Assembly: GCA_003344405.1 (NCBI GenBank)
Contig: NOWV01000140.1
Coordinates: 178,104-198,103 of the forward strand
From: Trichoplax sp. H2
Taxonomy: Eukaryota
Reading direction: 5' to 3'
Length of the DNA: 20,000 nt
Part shown: positions 19,590 to 20,000 of the stretch, one piece after another
How the letters are laid out: each line of letters begins with the position of its first letter
Position numbering within the stretch: position 1 is the stretch's first letter
Program-made: the position numbers and the translations under genes
The notes under the pieces: generated by a model
Told to the model about the DNA's origin: nothing
The model's input: only the letters and a program-made list of their open reading frames with translations
Database searches by the model: none

Positions 19590-20000
19590 CTCCACAGTCT
19601 ACAGTCTACAGTCTACAGTCGCATACTGTGGACTACAGTACAATCGGATACTGTACCATGTCCGGTACAGTGCACAGTACAGTACAGGGACGACGACTAC
19701 AGTACCTTCCGGTACTGTACACTGTAGAGTTGGTGGATGAAGGGATCCTGTACTGTACCTGTGTACCACGTGATGAACTTCGGTGGCACTACGCAAAAGA
19801 AGCTGTGGAGGCTAAATCAGCCCAAAGTCGATGATAGGCGAGGCGGAAAAAGTCTGCCAGTCCGAGAGTGGACCGTCCTGTCCAAGTTCCCAGCCAGGTC
19901 ATGCATGGTCTTGTTTACCTTCCCCCAAAACTCCCCTACTAGGGTTTTTCCATGCTTGTACACAGTACTGTAAACTACTGTACTGTCTACTGCACAGTAG
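19590..20000. repeat. Low-complexity ACAGT/ACTGT/GTAC-rich tract including a (CTACAGT)n microsatellite
   Basis: CAGTCTACAGTCTACAGTCTACAGTC at ~19595-19620, with many TACAGTA/TACTGTA words at 19620-19765 and 19958-20000. A non-repetitive segment at ~19770-19950 interrupts the tract. Confidence 0.7.
19773..19897 (+). CDS. Possible first coding exon of a divergently transcribed gene; weak resemblance to cyclin C/H N-termini
   Basis: ATG at 19773 gives MNFGGTTQKKLWRLNQPKVDDRRGGKSLPVREWTVLSKFPA, then AG|GT at 19898. It is a GC-richer non-repetitive island. The spacing F-x2-[ST]-[ST]-[QH]-x3-W-x-[LF]…R…L-x3-E-[WY]-x2-L-x2-F recalls transcriptional cyclins. This is a by-eye match only. Confidence 0.25.

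Overview
AT-rich eukaryotic (animal) genomic DNA with short GT-AG introns. The composition and gene style suggest a compact basal-metazoan genome such as a placozoan (inference only). The window holds: (i) about 9.6 kb with no recognisable intact gene, including a degenerate tandem array at ~3560-5030 organised as a ~377-bp higher-order repeat with a local 4x63-bp expansion; (ii) a single-exon class A orphan GPCR (9645-10787, +) with several non-canonical motif residues; (iii) a ~4.4-kb tandem duplication carrying two complete 8-exon methionine aminopeptidase 2 (METAP2) genes on the minus strand (12188-14949 and 16522-19269); (iv) a motif-rich upstream region and a possible head-to-head first exon of a cyclin C/H-like gene at the right end. 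The most notable signal is in the METAP2 pair. The right copy is canonical. The left copy keeps all metal ligands and an intact frame but carries five substitutions (human numbering C263S, R337C, A340S, G341S, Y444C) at or beside the substrate/fumagillin pocket, embedded in near-identical sequence. It is a candidate neofunctionalised or inhibitor-resistant paralog maintained against gene conversion.
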